A stretch of 64,000 nucleotides of DNA from a candidate division WOR-3 bacterium (lineage in GTDB: Bacteria; Hydrothermota; Tepidihabitantia; Tepidihabitantales; JAOUPE01). Within the stretch, counting starts at the first letter, position 1, and every line of letters begins with the position of its first letter. Both the position numbers and the translations under genes were made by a program. Where the stretch lies: assembly GCA_039801565.1 (NCBI GenBank), contig JBDRUX010000001.1, positions 62,577-126,576 of the forward strand, written 5' to 3'. Positions 19,771-29,842 of the stretch are shown here, in pieces. The notes under the pieces were generated by a model, which was given only the letters and a program-made list of their open reading frames with translations, did not search any database and was not told where the DNA came from.

Positions 19771-20064
19771 TCATTTCCACTCGGGACGAGATTCTTTTGG
19801 CTCTTTTGGCTGGTAACGGCGAAGGAGCGAGGGTGATTTGGGTTCTGTCGGTGGAGGCTGAGCAATTTCGGTCGTTGGTGCTTCATTAACTCTTGGTTTC
19901 GTTTCTTCAACCGGAGTTGGCTCAATTCTTACTTCGGCAATTGGTTGTTTTGGACTTGCCCGTTTTCTCATCTTATAGACAATGTAGGCTAAAATCCCTA
20001 AAAATAAGGTGAGAACCGTAACTGCCAAAATGATTGTTGATAAAATTGTAATGACGACATTCAT
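19771..20064 (-). CDS. Small membrane protein (positional PgaD/IcaD analogue)
   Basis: Single TM plus Pro/Glu-rich tail; has an SD; directly follows the GT2 gene. Confidence 0.65.
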   Translation of the reverse strand: MNVVITILSTIILAVTVLTLFLGILAYIVYKMRKRASPKQPIAEVRIEPTPVEETKPRVNEAPTTEIAQPPPTEPKSPSLLRRYQPKEPKESRPEWK

Positions 20065-20086
20065 ACCAGCTCCTTCTTAACAGTTT

Positions 20087-21466
20087 TCATAACACCTTCA
20101 CGCCATTAATTCGACCATTCCGCTCTAACTTATCCCAACTCATACCAAGACTTAAGAATTCTTCAACCGTAGCCAAGACTTTGATAATATCAATAATTAA
20201 GATAAAGAATAAGCGATAGGGCACAGCACAAAGGACAAGATTCGTTGCTTCTTTTTCACAGGCAACACAAAACAGAGCTGCCATCATATCTAAGGCTAAG
20301 AGTTGTAACCACCAAAAGACAATTAAAGGTGAAAAACCAAAGCTTAAGGCGATGACAATGAAGAATAGGTGGGCAAAAATATTCATCGCGGGCCAAAGGA
20401 TTGCTTCATAAATCATTTGCCAAAATACTAAGGTCGCGGCAAAATTAATTTTAGGGTTGAAAAGAATATTTTTATGTTTTCGAATTGATTGGATGATGCC
20501 ACGGGTCCAGCGATAACGTTGTTTGACCAAATCAAGCCAATTTTCAGGCACTTCGGTAAAGGCACAAGCCTCGGGTTCGTATTGGACCTGAAAGCCCGCC
20601 CTTAAGATTTTTAAAGTGACATCACAGTCCTCGGCAGAGGTATCCGAGGAGTAATGTCCAACCACATCTAAGACAGAACGGCGGAAAAAACCAATCGGTC
20701 CTGGAACAATATTCACTAAGCCAAATAATCCCTGGGCGCGTCGCGGCATATTTAGTCCTTCAACATATTCTAAACCTTGTAGCACCGAGACCAATTTTTG
20801 CCGGTTTACCGCTTTAACATTTCCAGCTACTGCTCCGACTTTTGGGTTTTGAAAGTGACGAATCCCTTGCCGCAGCGCTTCGGGATTAACCAAACTGTCA
20901 CCATCCACGCAGACAATGAATTCACCCTGAGCGGAGTCTAAACCATAGTTAAGTGCCTTTGCCTTGCCACCATTGGGTTTTGAAAGCACCAAAACTTTGG
21001 GTTTAGTGGGAAGGGTGGAAGTAATCCGCTCCAGTCGCTCTTTAGTATCATCAGTTGAACCATCATCAATTATGATTATCTCATAATTTGGATAATCAAG
21101 ATTTAAAAGAGAATGAACGACAGATTCAATCACTTTGCCTTCATTGTAGACCGGTACTAAAATCGAAACCAACGGTAAATCATCAATTTTCTCTTTCGGC
21201 AAAATTTCCGGTGGTAGGCTACTGGTGTGGTGAAGATAAGCGAAAATCAAAATGAAAAAATAGCGAAGAAGCAACATAATCAAAAAGGCAAGTAGCACAA
21301 CTGTCAAAGCAAGAATAAAGGTTGTGCCAAAAGCCAGAGCTGACCGTTGGTGAAAATGATAAGTGAGAAAGCCAAAAAGCAGACATAAGACTAAAAGCAA
21401 AATAAACCACAAACCATATCTGGTTTTGTTCATTTCGCTTCGTCTAAGCAAAGTTTTTGATTGCAT
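20087..21466 (-). CDS. Processive GT2 synthase, PgaC/IcaA-like
   Basis: PVYNE, DDGS, GKAKALN, DGD, AEDCD, QRYRW; N- and C-terminal TMs. Confidence 0.9.
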   Translation of the reverse strand: MQSKTLLRRSEMNKTRYGLWFILLLVLCLLFGFLTYHFHQRSALAFGTTFILALTVVLLAFLIMLLLRYFFILIFAYLHHTSSLPPEILPKEKIDDLPLVSILVPVYNEGKVIESVVHSLLNLDYPNYEIIIIDDGSTDDTKERLERITSTLPTKPKVLVLSKPNGGKAKALNYGLDSAQGEFIVCVDGDSLVNPEALRQGIRHFQNPKVGAVAGNVKAVNRQKLVSVLQGLEYVEGLNMPRRAQGLFGLVNIVPGPIGFFRRSVLDVVGHYSSDTSAEDCDVTLKILRAGFQVQYEPEACAFTEVPENWLDLVKQRYRWTRGIIQSIRKHKNILFNPKINFAATLVFWQMIYEAILWPAMNIFAHLFFIVIALSFGFSPLIVFWWLQLLALDMMAALFCVACEKEATNLVLCAVPYRLFFILIIDIIKVLATVEEFLSLGMSWDKLERNGRINGVKVL

Positions 21467-21467
21467 A

Positions 21468-23324
21468 TTAAAGACCCAATTTTAAATAGGCGGTTAATGA
21501 TTGATACCAATAAGCCGGTGCTGCGGTCACCGATGCTGCTGGTAGGGTCCGGCGGGTATCCGAATAGGAGAATTGAATGCCAAGTACCAATTTGGTTTTG
21601 GGCGGATTAAGTGCGAAATTAGCAACGATCGCCCGTGCCCAAGTTGCTAAGTTGGTCACTTTCGCAATTTCCAAACTTACATAATATGACAGTGGTGACT
21701 GTGAACCATTAGCCAATTCAATCCATAGGGAATGTGTTTGATAAAAATCTGGCGACCAGTAATAATGCGAGGTGTCGGAATAGGTAATTAAATTGTAACG
21801 ATAACCAAGTGTCAAGATATGAAACATTTTGTAAAAGATTTTAGCTTGCGGGTTTTGCAGTTGATTTAAATCCGAATAACTGCCATAAAGATAACTGGCA
21901 AATAGACCATAATTCTTCTCAAATTGGTAATAACCTTGAATCAAAAAATTATCGGTGGTAATACCTTGAATCAAGGAACGGGTTGTTAAGACATCGTTTA
22001 TGATGTCATAATGGTCATAACTGAAGTTAAAATTGCTATTTGGATAAGGTGTATAATCAAACTTTATCCCGTAAGAATGGGTATTATCCAAACAATCATA
22101 AAAGTTATAGGTATACCTAACCACTCCCCACACTGACTCGGAGAATTTTTCTATTAGCCGAATCGAATAAGAATAAGCGCTGATGTAATCCTCCTGTTGT
22201 TTGAATTCGCAATAAGCAAATCCTGGCTCAAGAGCGGTCTTGGTACTCAAATTTAATTGCAAATTGGCACTGAATCGTTTTAAACTAAAATCTTCGTTAT
22301 CCCATAGCGAATTGCCTGAAGCTTGAAATTGGGGACCGCCGATGATTTTGGCTTTTAACTCTTTTTGTCTTTTTAAAGCGGTAAGATTTTTGGGGTCTTT
22401 TTCCAAAATCTTTTCATAAATCGCTAAAGCCCCAGTATTGTTCCCCTGCCAATAATAAGTTTCGGCCAATCCGGTTAGGACCTTAAGGTCAGTAGTGTCG
22501 AGTTTTAAATATTGGTGAATTGCGGAATCGTAGGCACCACTCCAGCTTAAGACCCGAGCCAATTCCAAAGCCGATTTTTGGTCGTTAGGATTAAGGGTTA
22601 ACAGTTGGCGATAGGCGATGATTGACTTTTCATACTTGCCCGCCCAACTTAACATCGCAGCATATTCACCCCAGGCAGTCGTATCAAGCGGATTTTTACG
22701 CAAATAGACCTCGTACAGTGATTCGGCTAAAGGATAGGCCTCTTGACCAACTAAAGTTCTGGCTCGGTTTAAAAGGTCGTTCGAAGTTGGATTCTGATTT
22801 AAGTATGATTCCACTCCTCGTTTATTTTCTTTACTTTCTTTTACCCATCTCACTTTTTTCCTATTAGCGGCGAAATCGGTTGCTGATTCTGTCTGTCCAC
22901 TAGTTAAAGTCTGATACTCTTTGTACAACTGTGTCAACTTAAGTCTTGCTTCGTTATCTTTTGGATAGCGCAAAGAATAATTAGTATACTGCGCAATCAA
23001 AGATTCCAATTTTTCCTTTTTTCTTCTTGTTACTTCTTGTAATAATTGGTCAATTGTTGGGTCAGCCACGAGCGCTTTTGCCTTTTTTAATGCCATAATT
23101 GCCTTTGATTCATCCTCAATCATCGAAAAACATTGTCCAAGTAGTTTCCAAGCCGGTCCGTTTTGGGGATTCATCTGCAATTCTTTCTCTAAAAGGAAAA
23201 TTGCCTCGGAATAAAGCCTTTGGTCGAATTTGTTTTTTGCCTTATAGAAATAATCAAAATAAGCAAAAACGAAAAATGGAAAAAGGAGTAGAAAAATTGC
23301 GTTGGTTTTGAATCGTTTCAGCAT
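21468..23324 (-). CDS. TPR + outer-membrane beta-barrel export protein (PgaA-like)
   Basis: Signal peptide, TPR repeats (LARVLSWSG), C-terminal aromatic-rich alternating strands with YWSP motif. Confidence 0.75.
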   Translation of the reverse strand: MLKRFKTNAIFLLLFPFFVFAYFDYFYKAKNKFDQRLYSEAIFLLEKELQMNPQNGPAWKLLGQCFSMIEDESKAIMALKKAKALVADPTIDQLLQEVTRRKKEKLESLIAQYTNYSLRYPKDNEARLKLTQLYKEYQTLTSGQTESATDFAANRKKVRWVKESKENKRGVESYLNQNPTSNDLLNRARTLVGQEAYPLAESLYEVYLRKNPLDTTAWGEYAAMLSWAGKYEKSIIAYRQLLTLNPNDQKSALELARVLSWSGAYDSAIHQYLKLDTTDLKVLTGLAETYYWQGNNTGALAIYEKILEKDPKNLTALKRQKELKAKIIGGPQFQASGNSLWDNEDFSLKRFSANLQLNLSTKTALEPGFAYCEFKQQEDYISAYSYSIRLIEKFSESVWGVVRYTYNFYDCLDNTHSYGIKFDYTPYPNSNFNFSYDHYDIINDVLTTRSLIQGITTDNFLIQGYYQFEKNYGLFASYLYGSYSDLNQLQNPQAKIFYKMFHILTLGYRYNLITYSDTSHYYWSPDFYQTHSLWIELANGSQSPLSYYVSLEIAKVTNLATWARAIVANFALNPPKTKLVLGIQFSYSDTRRTLPAASVTAAPAYWYQSLTAYLKLGL

Positions 23325-23329
23325 AAAAT

Positions 23330-24688
23330 TTATCCGGTTCTAATAATGGTTTCAATATCGTTACTGTTTCGAATATCGTCGGGATAGGCATAGGCGATTA
23401 CTTGGATGTCAATCCCCGGCAAGTTAGGTGATTCAGCGAGCATCGTCTTTACGATTTTTTCTCTAATCTCGGGAACCATTGTTTGCATTTCCGATTTTGT
23501 CACCTTATGGAGTAAGACAATAATCTTATCGGAGTATCTACCAACCGGCACTGGCTTATTTATTACTTGTTTGACCGCTTTGGCGAGGTTTTGGGAAAGA
23601 AGTAACCTTTTGGCGCGACTCTCAACCCCACCAGTTATTGTCACCAACATTATGGAGAAAGGGTGCTTCTTCTCAAGCACACCATTGACAATTTGCAACA
23701 ATCCATCAAAATTGAAGAATCCAGTAAAATCATCACGGTCTAAGTCTCGAATTGGATATTCCGGAATTGCTTCTTCTATTACGATCGGTGGGATTCTATC
23801 GGTTTCGATAGTTGGACTAATACTTTTTTCTGGCTGGGGTGGTGGTTCTTTTGGTATAATCTCCGTTATTGCTTCTTTTTCGGTTGGTATGACCGCAGTT
23901 TCAATTGTCTTGCTCGGTTCGGCGACTTCGGGCTTGATAGCGATTTCGGCTGATTCTCCCTTTTCAACCAAGGTTGGTTGTGGTGTAATTTCCGGTTGAG
24001 GTGTTGGTTCGAACCGACTCAAACCAATTCCAATTCGGATTTGATAGGAATCGGTATGAGTCAATGGATAATGCCCTAATCTTGCCTGTAAGGATAAAAC
24101 CCGCGAGTTATCCGCTAACGGTTGGGTCAACTTTAAAGTAGCGGTAACTATCGAAGTTAAAAAATCAAAGATTTGTTGAGCCAAAGCATTGACTGGTTCA
24201 CCTAAGGTGATTATAGTTGTTACCTTAAATTCTTCCCAGGCATAAATTAATTCGGTAATTTTTTCTTTTAGGATAGCAATGTCTTCAAATTGTAATAAGG
24301 GAGCAAATGAATCAAAAATTAATCTTTCCGGTCTCTCTTGCTCAATAATTTGATTGATTTCATTTATTGTTTTACTTAACAATTCATTAGTTAATGAAGA
24401 ACTTTTTTGATTTAAGTTAAAGATTAAAAGTTCGTTATGTTCTAAGGGTTTTGCCAGTTCAAATTGTAAGGCTTCAGCGCGCAAAAGAAGGTCTTCAGCC
24501 CTTTCGTCAGTAAAAAAGACCACCTTTCCTCTTGTCCGTAATCCAGTAAGAGCAAATTGAAGGCAAAAGGTGGTCTTACCAGAATTTACCGGGCCGGTTA
24601 ATAGATAAGTTCTGCCTTTATAGAATCCTTGCCACAGATTGTCAATTATGTCAAAGCCCGTGGCAATCTTCGGGAACAACATCAACAC
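23330..24688 (-). CDS. KaiC/RAD55-like ATPase + Pro/Glu linker + degenerate GGDEF domain
   Basis: IATGFDIID, GPVNSGKTTFCLQF, RLIFDS; C-terminal DDFTGFFN...FSIMLV...VGRYSDKIIVLL. Confidence 0.8.
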   Translation of the reverse strand: MLMLFPKIATGFDIIDNLWQGFYKGRTYLLTGPVNSGKTTFCLQFALTGLRTRGKVVFFTDERAEDLLLRAEALQFELAKPLEHNELLIFNLNQKSSSLTNELLSKTINEINQIIEQERPERLIFDSFAPLLQFEDIAILKEKITELIYAWEEFKVTTIITLGEPVNALAQQIFDFLTSIVTATLKLTQPLADNSRVLSLQARLGHYPLTHTDSYQIRIGIGLSRFEPTPQPEITPQPTLVEKGESAEIAIKPEVAEPSKTIETAVIPTEKEAITEIIPKEPPPQPEKSISPTIETDRIPPIVIEEAIPEYPIRDLDRDDFTGFFNFDGLLQIVNGVLEKKHPFSIMLVTITGGVESRAKRLLLSQNLAKAVKQVINKPVPVGRYSDKIIVLLHKVTKSEMQTMVPEIREKIVKTMLAESPNLPGIDIQVIAYAYPDDIRNSNDIETIIRTG

Positions 24689-24930
24689 CTCCTTACCGCT
24701 TCGCTTTTATTCGTTTAAGGCGGATAAGATTATTTAGCGTTTGGTCATATACCTTTCTGGCTGCCAAATAGCATCCGCCTCCTTGCTAACGACCTTAAAG
24801 TTTAGGCCTTAGCTAAAATATAATAACATAAATTTAACTTTTTGTCAAGCCTGCAATTTGCGAAGCGGTTAAGTCGGTAGGTTTAATTGCGAATTAACCC
24901 CTCAATTTATAACGGCTATTAGCTAACTTT

Positions 24931-25410
24931 TTAATAATTAAGTCGCCAGAGCACGAAATTAAGAATCGCAGCGAAACTTACCCATAAGAGATAGGGAAAC
25001 AGTAACAATCCAGCGGTCTTAGATATTGGATAAAAGAACAAGACTGTAACTAATATTAAAACCCAAAGGATTATGATTTCGATGAAGGCAATAAAAGGAG
25101 AACGAAGTCCAAAGAATAAGATAGACCATAAGATATTAAAAACCAATTGAATACCAAAAACGATTAAAGCTGGTTTAAGTTGTGGGAAACTCATTCCCTT
25201 TTGCCAAACCAAAAATACCGCTATGCCCATTAGCAGAAATAGACCTGTCCAGACCGGACCAAAAAGCCAGTTTGGCGGATTAAAAATAGGTTTCTTAAGC
25301 GATGCGTACCAGGTTGGAATCGAACGGGTAGTGAAAATTGAACCAATAACCCCTGCTAACTGGCAAATGATTATACTTCCGACCAACTTCAATATGGTAA
25401 TTGATTTCAT
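24931..25410 (-). CDS. tspO: TspO/MBR tryptophan-rich sensory protein
   Basis: WYASLKKPIFNPPNWLFGPVWT, QLVFNILWS, PYLLWVSFA; likely start MKSIT at 25410. Confidence 0.92.
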   Translation of the reverse strand: MKSITILKLVGSIIICQLAGVIGSIFTTRSIPTWYASLKKPIFNPPNWLFGPVWTGLFLLMGIAVFLVWQKGMSFPQLKPALIVFGIQLVFNILWSILFFGLRSPFIAFIEIIILWVLILVTVLFFYPISKTAGLLLFPYLLWVSFAAILNFVLWRLNY

Positions 25411-25459
25411 TAGCCTAATGATAATTAAAATGTTGCTTTCGTCAATAACAATCAATTAC

Positions 25460-25570
25460 AAACTTAGGTGACCAAACTCCGAAGTCGGCTTTAAGGCTAT
25501 CTGATTGGCTATTAAAGTCAATTTGGCTTGCGTTAAGTTTCTTCGCCATTGCTTCAGTAACAATCAACAT
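25460..25570 (-). pseudogene. Second XRE-HTH N-terminal remnant
   Basis: MLIVTEAMAKKL then, frameshifted, AKLTLIANQIALKPTSEFGHLS; same position relative to the repeat as copy A. Confidence 0.35.
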
Positions 25571-25593
25571 CACAAAAGGTTAGTTAAAACTAA

Positions 25594-25880
25594 CACCAAA
25601 ATCGAGCCGAATTTCTTTTAACCTTTTGATATTTAAATATCTTATATTTAAGATTGCTTTGGGAGGGGGTATGGCCTCGGGGCAACCCCGTAGGCTACCC
25701 CCTAAGTCTTCCTATAGGTTGCTTGGGGAGTTACTTCGGCAGCTGATTGGCAGGTAGGTTCGGGAGCGACTTCGCAGGCAACTCCCGAAGCGGGTTAGAG
25801 AACAATCTGGCAAGCACCCTCGGGAGTTGGTTTGGGGGCTACCCCCGTAGGCTACATAGGAGTCTGCTCGTAGGCCAGCA
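25594..25880 (+). repeat. Dispersed 12-nt-period repeat element, copy B
   Basis: Leader ccaaaatcgagccgaatttcttttaac; array colinear with copy D (accccgtaggctaccccctaag...ggttcgggagcgacttcg). Confidence 0.75.
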
Positions 25881-26189
25881 ATAGAATCTTTTAGAATTCA
25901 TCAATCCTGGTTTTTAATGGCTCCTGACGGATGACTAATATTATCAGAGAAAAATGAAGTTTTAACATTTAGGTAGCGGGTATTATCGGGGAAGATATTA
26001 GAGAATGCGAAGCGACTCTTCAGGTGCAGAGTTTAAATTTTATGCGTTAGCAGATAGTATTTAGGAGTGGATTTGGTCCGCCTTTGAGAGAAAAGAAAAA
26101 AGCGAAACATCCGCTGACAATTTTCATTTATGAGAGAGATTCCTAAAATTTACCCTTGACGAGTTGTTTTTTCTAATTAATATTATAAA

Positions 26190-27404
26190 GTGAAGAATGC
26201 AATCGCTTTCATCTTAGCCGGTGGTCAGGGCGAACGGCTCTATCCTCTAACCAAAGACCGGGCAAAACCAGCGGTACCATTTGGGGGCATTTATCGAATC
26301 ATTGACTTCACCCTGTCGAATTGCGTTAATTCGAATCTGAAACGAATTTATGTTCTAACCCAATACAAATCATTCGCTCTTGACCGTCACATCAGTCTTG
26401 GCTGGAATATCTTCAATCCGGAGCTTGGTGAGTTTTTACATTGTTTGCCACCGCAGTTCCGAATGAAAGATGATTGGTATTTAGGAACCGCTGATTCAGT
26501 TTATCAAAATCTCTATTCCCTCAAATCGGCTAATCCCGAATATGTCTTTGTTCTTTCTGGTGACCACATCTATAAGATGGATTATCGCAAGATGTTAAAA
26601 TTTCATCGGACTAAAGAGGCTTCGGTAACGATTGGATTGTATGAAGTGCCGATTGAACAGGCTTCACGGTTTGGGGTCTTAGAGGTTGACTCCGAACTGC
26701 GCATCGTTGGTTTTGAGGAAAAACCCCAAAAACCAAAGCCTAATCCTAATGACCCATCCAAGGCACTGATTTCGATGGGTGTTTATCTTTTCAATACCGA
26801 GGCATTGGTCGCAGCACTGATGGTTGATGCTGAAGACCCCAACTCTTCCCATGATTTTGGTCGAGATGTCTTACCAAAGATGTTTGAAGGTTATAAGGTT
26901 TATGGTTATCCGTTTGAGGATGAAAACCGCGGACCAATAAAATACTGGCGGGATGTCGGTACGATTGATGATTATTATCTGGCAAATATGGATTTAGTGG
27001 AGGTTGCACCAATCTTTAACCTTTATGATAAGCGCTGGCCAATTCGAACTTACCAACCGCAATTGCCACCGGCCAAAACTGTATTCTTTGACTATCGGTC
27101 GGGTCGAGTCGGCGAAATTTTGCAATCAATTATTGCTCCAGGAGCGATAATCAGCGGCGGTAAGGTTTGTCGTTCAATTATATCGCATCAAGTGCATATT
27201 CATTCTTATACCGATATTGCCGATTCAATCCTTTTGGAAGGGGTTGAGGTCGGTCGTTATGCTAAGATTCGGCGCGCCATCATTGATAAATGGGTGAAGA
27301 TTCCGGAAAGAATGGAAATTGGTTATAATCTCGACGAAGACCGAAAACGATTCTTTGTCACTGATTCGGGAATTGTGGTCATTCCTAAAGATACTAAATT
27401 TTAA
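26190..27404 (+). CDS. glgC: Glucose-1-phosphate adenylyltransferase
   Basis: ILAGGQGERLYPLT, RAKPAVPFGG, GTADS, GDHIYKMDY, SMGVY, YWRDVGT. Confidence 0.97.
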   Translation: MKNAIAFILAGGQGERLYPLTKDRAKPAVPFGGIYRIIDFTLSNCVNSNLKRIYVLTQYKSFALDRHISLGWNIFNPELGEFLHCLPPQFRMKDDWYLGTADSVYQNLYSLKSANPEYVFVLSGDHIYKMDYRKMLKFHRTKEASVTIGLYEVPIEQASRFGVLEVDSELRIVGFEEKPQKPKPNPNDPSKALISMGVYLFNTEALVAALMVDAEDPNSSHDFGRDVLPKMFEGYKVYGYPFEDENRGPIKYWRDVGTIDDYYLANMDLVEVAPIFNLYDKRWPIRTYQPQLPPAKTVFFDYRSGRVGEILQSIIAPGAIISGGKVCRSIISHQVHIHSYTDIADSILLEGVEVGRYAKIRRAIIDKWVKIPERMEIGYNLDEDRKRFFVTDSGIVVIPKDTKF

Positions 27405-27460
27405 CCTAATGCCTTCACAAGAATCCAAGATTAAAAATCAAAACGCTAAGGAGAAATAAA

Positions 27461-29044
27461 TTGCCCGGAGCGGGAATCGAACCTTACCTTTCAGCATTAT
27501 TAAAACCTGATACCTACGGCGAAAATGTTAAAGCGGTTCGATTAATTCAAACTCATACTTCCTGGGTCTTTCTTACTGGTGATTTTGCCTATAAGATTAA
27601 AAAACCGGTCTTTTTTGGTTTTCTTGATTACACAACCTTAGAAGCAAGAAAATTTTTCTGTGAAGAGGAGTATCGGTTGAACCGACGGCTTTCGCCCGAG
27701 ATCTATTTAGCGGTGCTGCCCGTAGCTAAAAAAAGTGACGGGAAAATAGTTTTAAGTGAAGATGGTGAGATTATTGACTATGCGGTTAAAATGAGAGAGT
27801 TACCCCAAGACCGATTGATGACCGAACTTCTAAAGCAAGACAATATCCCCTACTCAACAATTGATGAAATTGCCAAGATTGTTGCTAACTTTCATCAGAC
27901 CGCTGAGACCGGTCATCGGATTAATCAATTCGGCAGTATCGAGACGATTAAGTTTAACTGGGATGAGAACTTTGCCCAAACTGAAGAATTTATCAATCGA
28001 ACCATTAGTCGCCGGACATTTCACTTGATTAAACGGGCAGTATACAAATTTATGTGGGATAACCAAGACCGATTCGCGCAGCGAATTGAGACGGGTAAAA
28101 TTCGTCAGTGTCATGGCGACCTCCATTCCAAAAACATATTTTTGACCGACAAGGTTTATATCTTTGACGCCATTGAGTTCAATCAAAGATTCGCCTGTTG
28201 CGACACTGCTTCCGAGGTAGCTTTTTTTGTGATGGATTTAGATTATTACGATAAACATCATCTGGCTAATTTTTTTATTGACCGCTATCTACAATATACC
28301 AAAGATTATGATTTATTGGCGTTATTAGATTTTTATAAATGTTATCGGGCTTATGTGCGGGGCAAGGTGACAAGTTTTAACCTTAAGGATAAAGGGATTA
28401 GCGCTGATGATAAATTAGTTGCTCAGAAGACGGCTCAAAAATATTTTCGGTTGGCAGCAAATTATGCCCAAAATCTATTCAGTTCACCAAAGTTAATTGT
28501 GATGATTGGACTGCCCGGGGTTGGCAAGACCCATTTTGCTCAAACCTTGGCTCCGAAAATAAATGCTTACCATTTGCGAACCGATATTATCCGTAAGGAG
28601 TTAAGCAATTTACCGCTTGACCAACATCACTATACTGGTTATGGCAAAGGAATTTACACCGGTGACATCTCAGCCCGAACTTATGATGAGATGTTTAGTC
28701 GGGCACGCCGCTATCTTTCTTACGGCAAGTCCTGTATATTGGACGCCACATTTTCGATGGAGGCATCTCGCCAAGCTGCGCAAAAAATTGGACAAGAATT
28801 TAATGCTAACTTTCTAATGATTGAATGTTATTGCCCCAAAAAAATGGTCTTAAAACGGATGCGTAAGCGGGAGCGTAGTTTCGATTTCTCGGATGCCAAT
28901 CCCGAAGTATATGAAGCAATGCGCAAACATTTTGATCCAGTGGCAAGGACTAAAAATGTTATTAAGGTTAATACGGCAAAACCATTAAAACCATATATCA
29001 AAAAGATTGTTGCGAAGTTGCGGGAGGACAAAAGAAATCGGTAA
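27461..29044 (+). CDS. Bifunctional aminoglycoside-phosphotransferase-like / AAA_33 kinase protein
   Basis: QTHTSWVFL, YKIKKPV, CHGDLH, FDAIEFN; GLPGVGKT, SDA. Confidence 0.9.
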   Translation: MPGAGIEPYLSALLKPDTYGENVKAVRLIQTHTSWVFLTGDFAYKIKKPVFFGFLDYTTLEARKFFCEEEYRLNRRLSPEIYLAVLPVAKKSDGKIVLSEDGEIIDYAVKMRELPQDRLMTELLKQDNIPYSTIDEIAKIVANFHQTAETGHRINQFGSIETIKFNWDENFAQTEEFINRTISRRTFHLIKRAVYKFMWDNQDRFAQRIETGKIRQCHGDLHSKNIFLTDKVYIFDAIEFNQRFACCDTASEVAFFVMDLDYYDKHHLANFFIDRYLQYTKDYDLLALLDFYKCYRAYVRGKVTSFNLKDKGISADDKLVAQKTAQKYFRLAANYAQNLFSSPKLIVMIGLPGVGKTHFAQTLAPKINAYHLRTDIIRKELSNLPLDQHHYTGYGKGIYTGDISARTYDEMFSRARRYLSYGKSCILDATFSMEASRQAAQKIGQEFNANFLMIECYCPKKMVLKRMRKRERSFDFSDANPEVYEAMRKHFDPVARTKNVIKVNTAKPLKPYIKKIVAKLREDKRNR

Positions 29045-29792
29045 GGGTCATTATTTCATCTCCGATGCCCATATCAGTAATAATGATTGGCACAATACCA
29101 ATTTATTGCTCTCATTTTTTGAATCGATAAGCAACAAGGCAAAAAGTCTCTTCATTCTCGGCGACCTGTTTGAACTGTGTTTTCGTTATCGGCAGAGAAT
29201 CCCCGAAACCAACCGCCAAATCTTAAAACGCTTAAAAGAATTACGAGCGACAGGTATCCCAGTATATTATCTTTTGGGTAATCACGATTATTGGGTACGC
29301 GATTTTGTGAGAAACGATGACGAGTTGAGCGAATTTTTACCAACCGAGCAGACCAACGAAAGCGATGACGGAATTTTAGCCAAAACTTTTCAAATTGCGA
29401 ATTTAGATGGCAAGAAAGCTTATGTTGGACATGGCGACGAAATTGACCATTCGATTCTCACGGTATTAAGTCGCACCATCTTAAGAAGTCAATCCAATCC
29501 CTTTGTCTATTGTCTACTCCATCCCAAACTTGGTTTAGCTTATGCCCGTTGGATTGAGAGCGTGGCGCGGAATTTAGCGGATTCAATGGGTGTGGTCGGT
29601 AAATTTGAGTCCTTTGCTCAAAAGAAGATTGTACGCGAAGGCTATGATATAGTTATTTTAGGTCATACCCACAAACCAAGATTTCAAAAAATCGGGGCTG
29701 GTTATTATTTAAATACCGGCAATTGGATTGATGATTACAACTATGTTGTTATTGAAGATTCCCAACCCCGATTAGAAAAATTCAAACCTTAA
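29007..29792 (+). CDS. UDP-2,3-diacylglucosamine hydrolase-like metallophosphoesterase (LpxH family)
   Basis: FISDAH, LGDLF, GNHD, GHGD, GHTH, NTGNW. Confidence 0.8.
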   Translation: MLRSCGRTKEIGKGHYFISDAHISNNDWHNTNLLLSFFESISNKAKSLFILGDLFELCFRYRQRIPETNRQILKRLKELRATGIPVYYLLGNHDYWVRDFVRNDDELSEFLPTEQTNESDDGILAKTFQIANLDGKKAYVGHGDEIDHSILTVLSRTILRSQSNPFVYCLLHPKLGLAYARWIESVARNLADSMGVVGKFESFAQKKIVREGYDIVILGHTHKPRFQKIGAGYYLNTGNWIDDYNYVVIEDSQPRLEKFKP

Positions 29793-29842
29793 AACTCCGA
29801 TTTTCTTGACTCAAACAGTGTAATTCTATAGAGTATTAAAGA

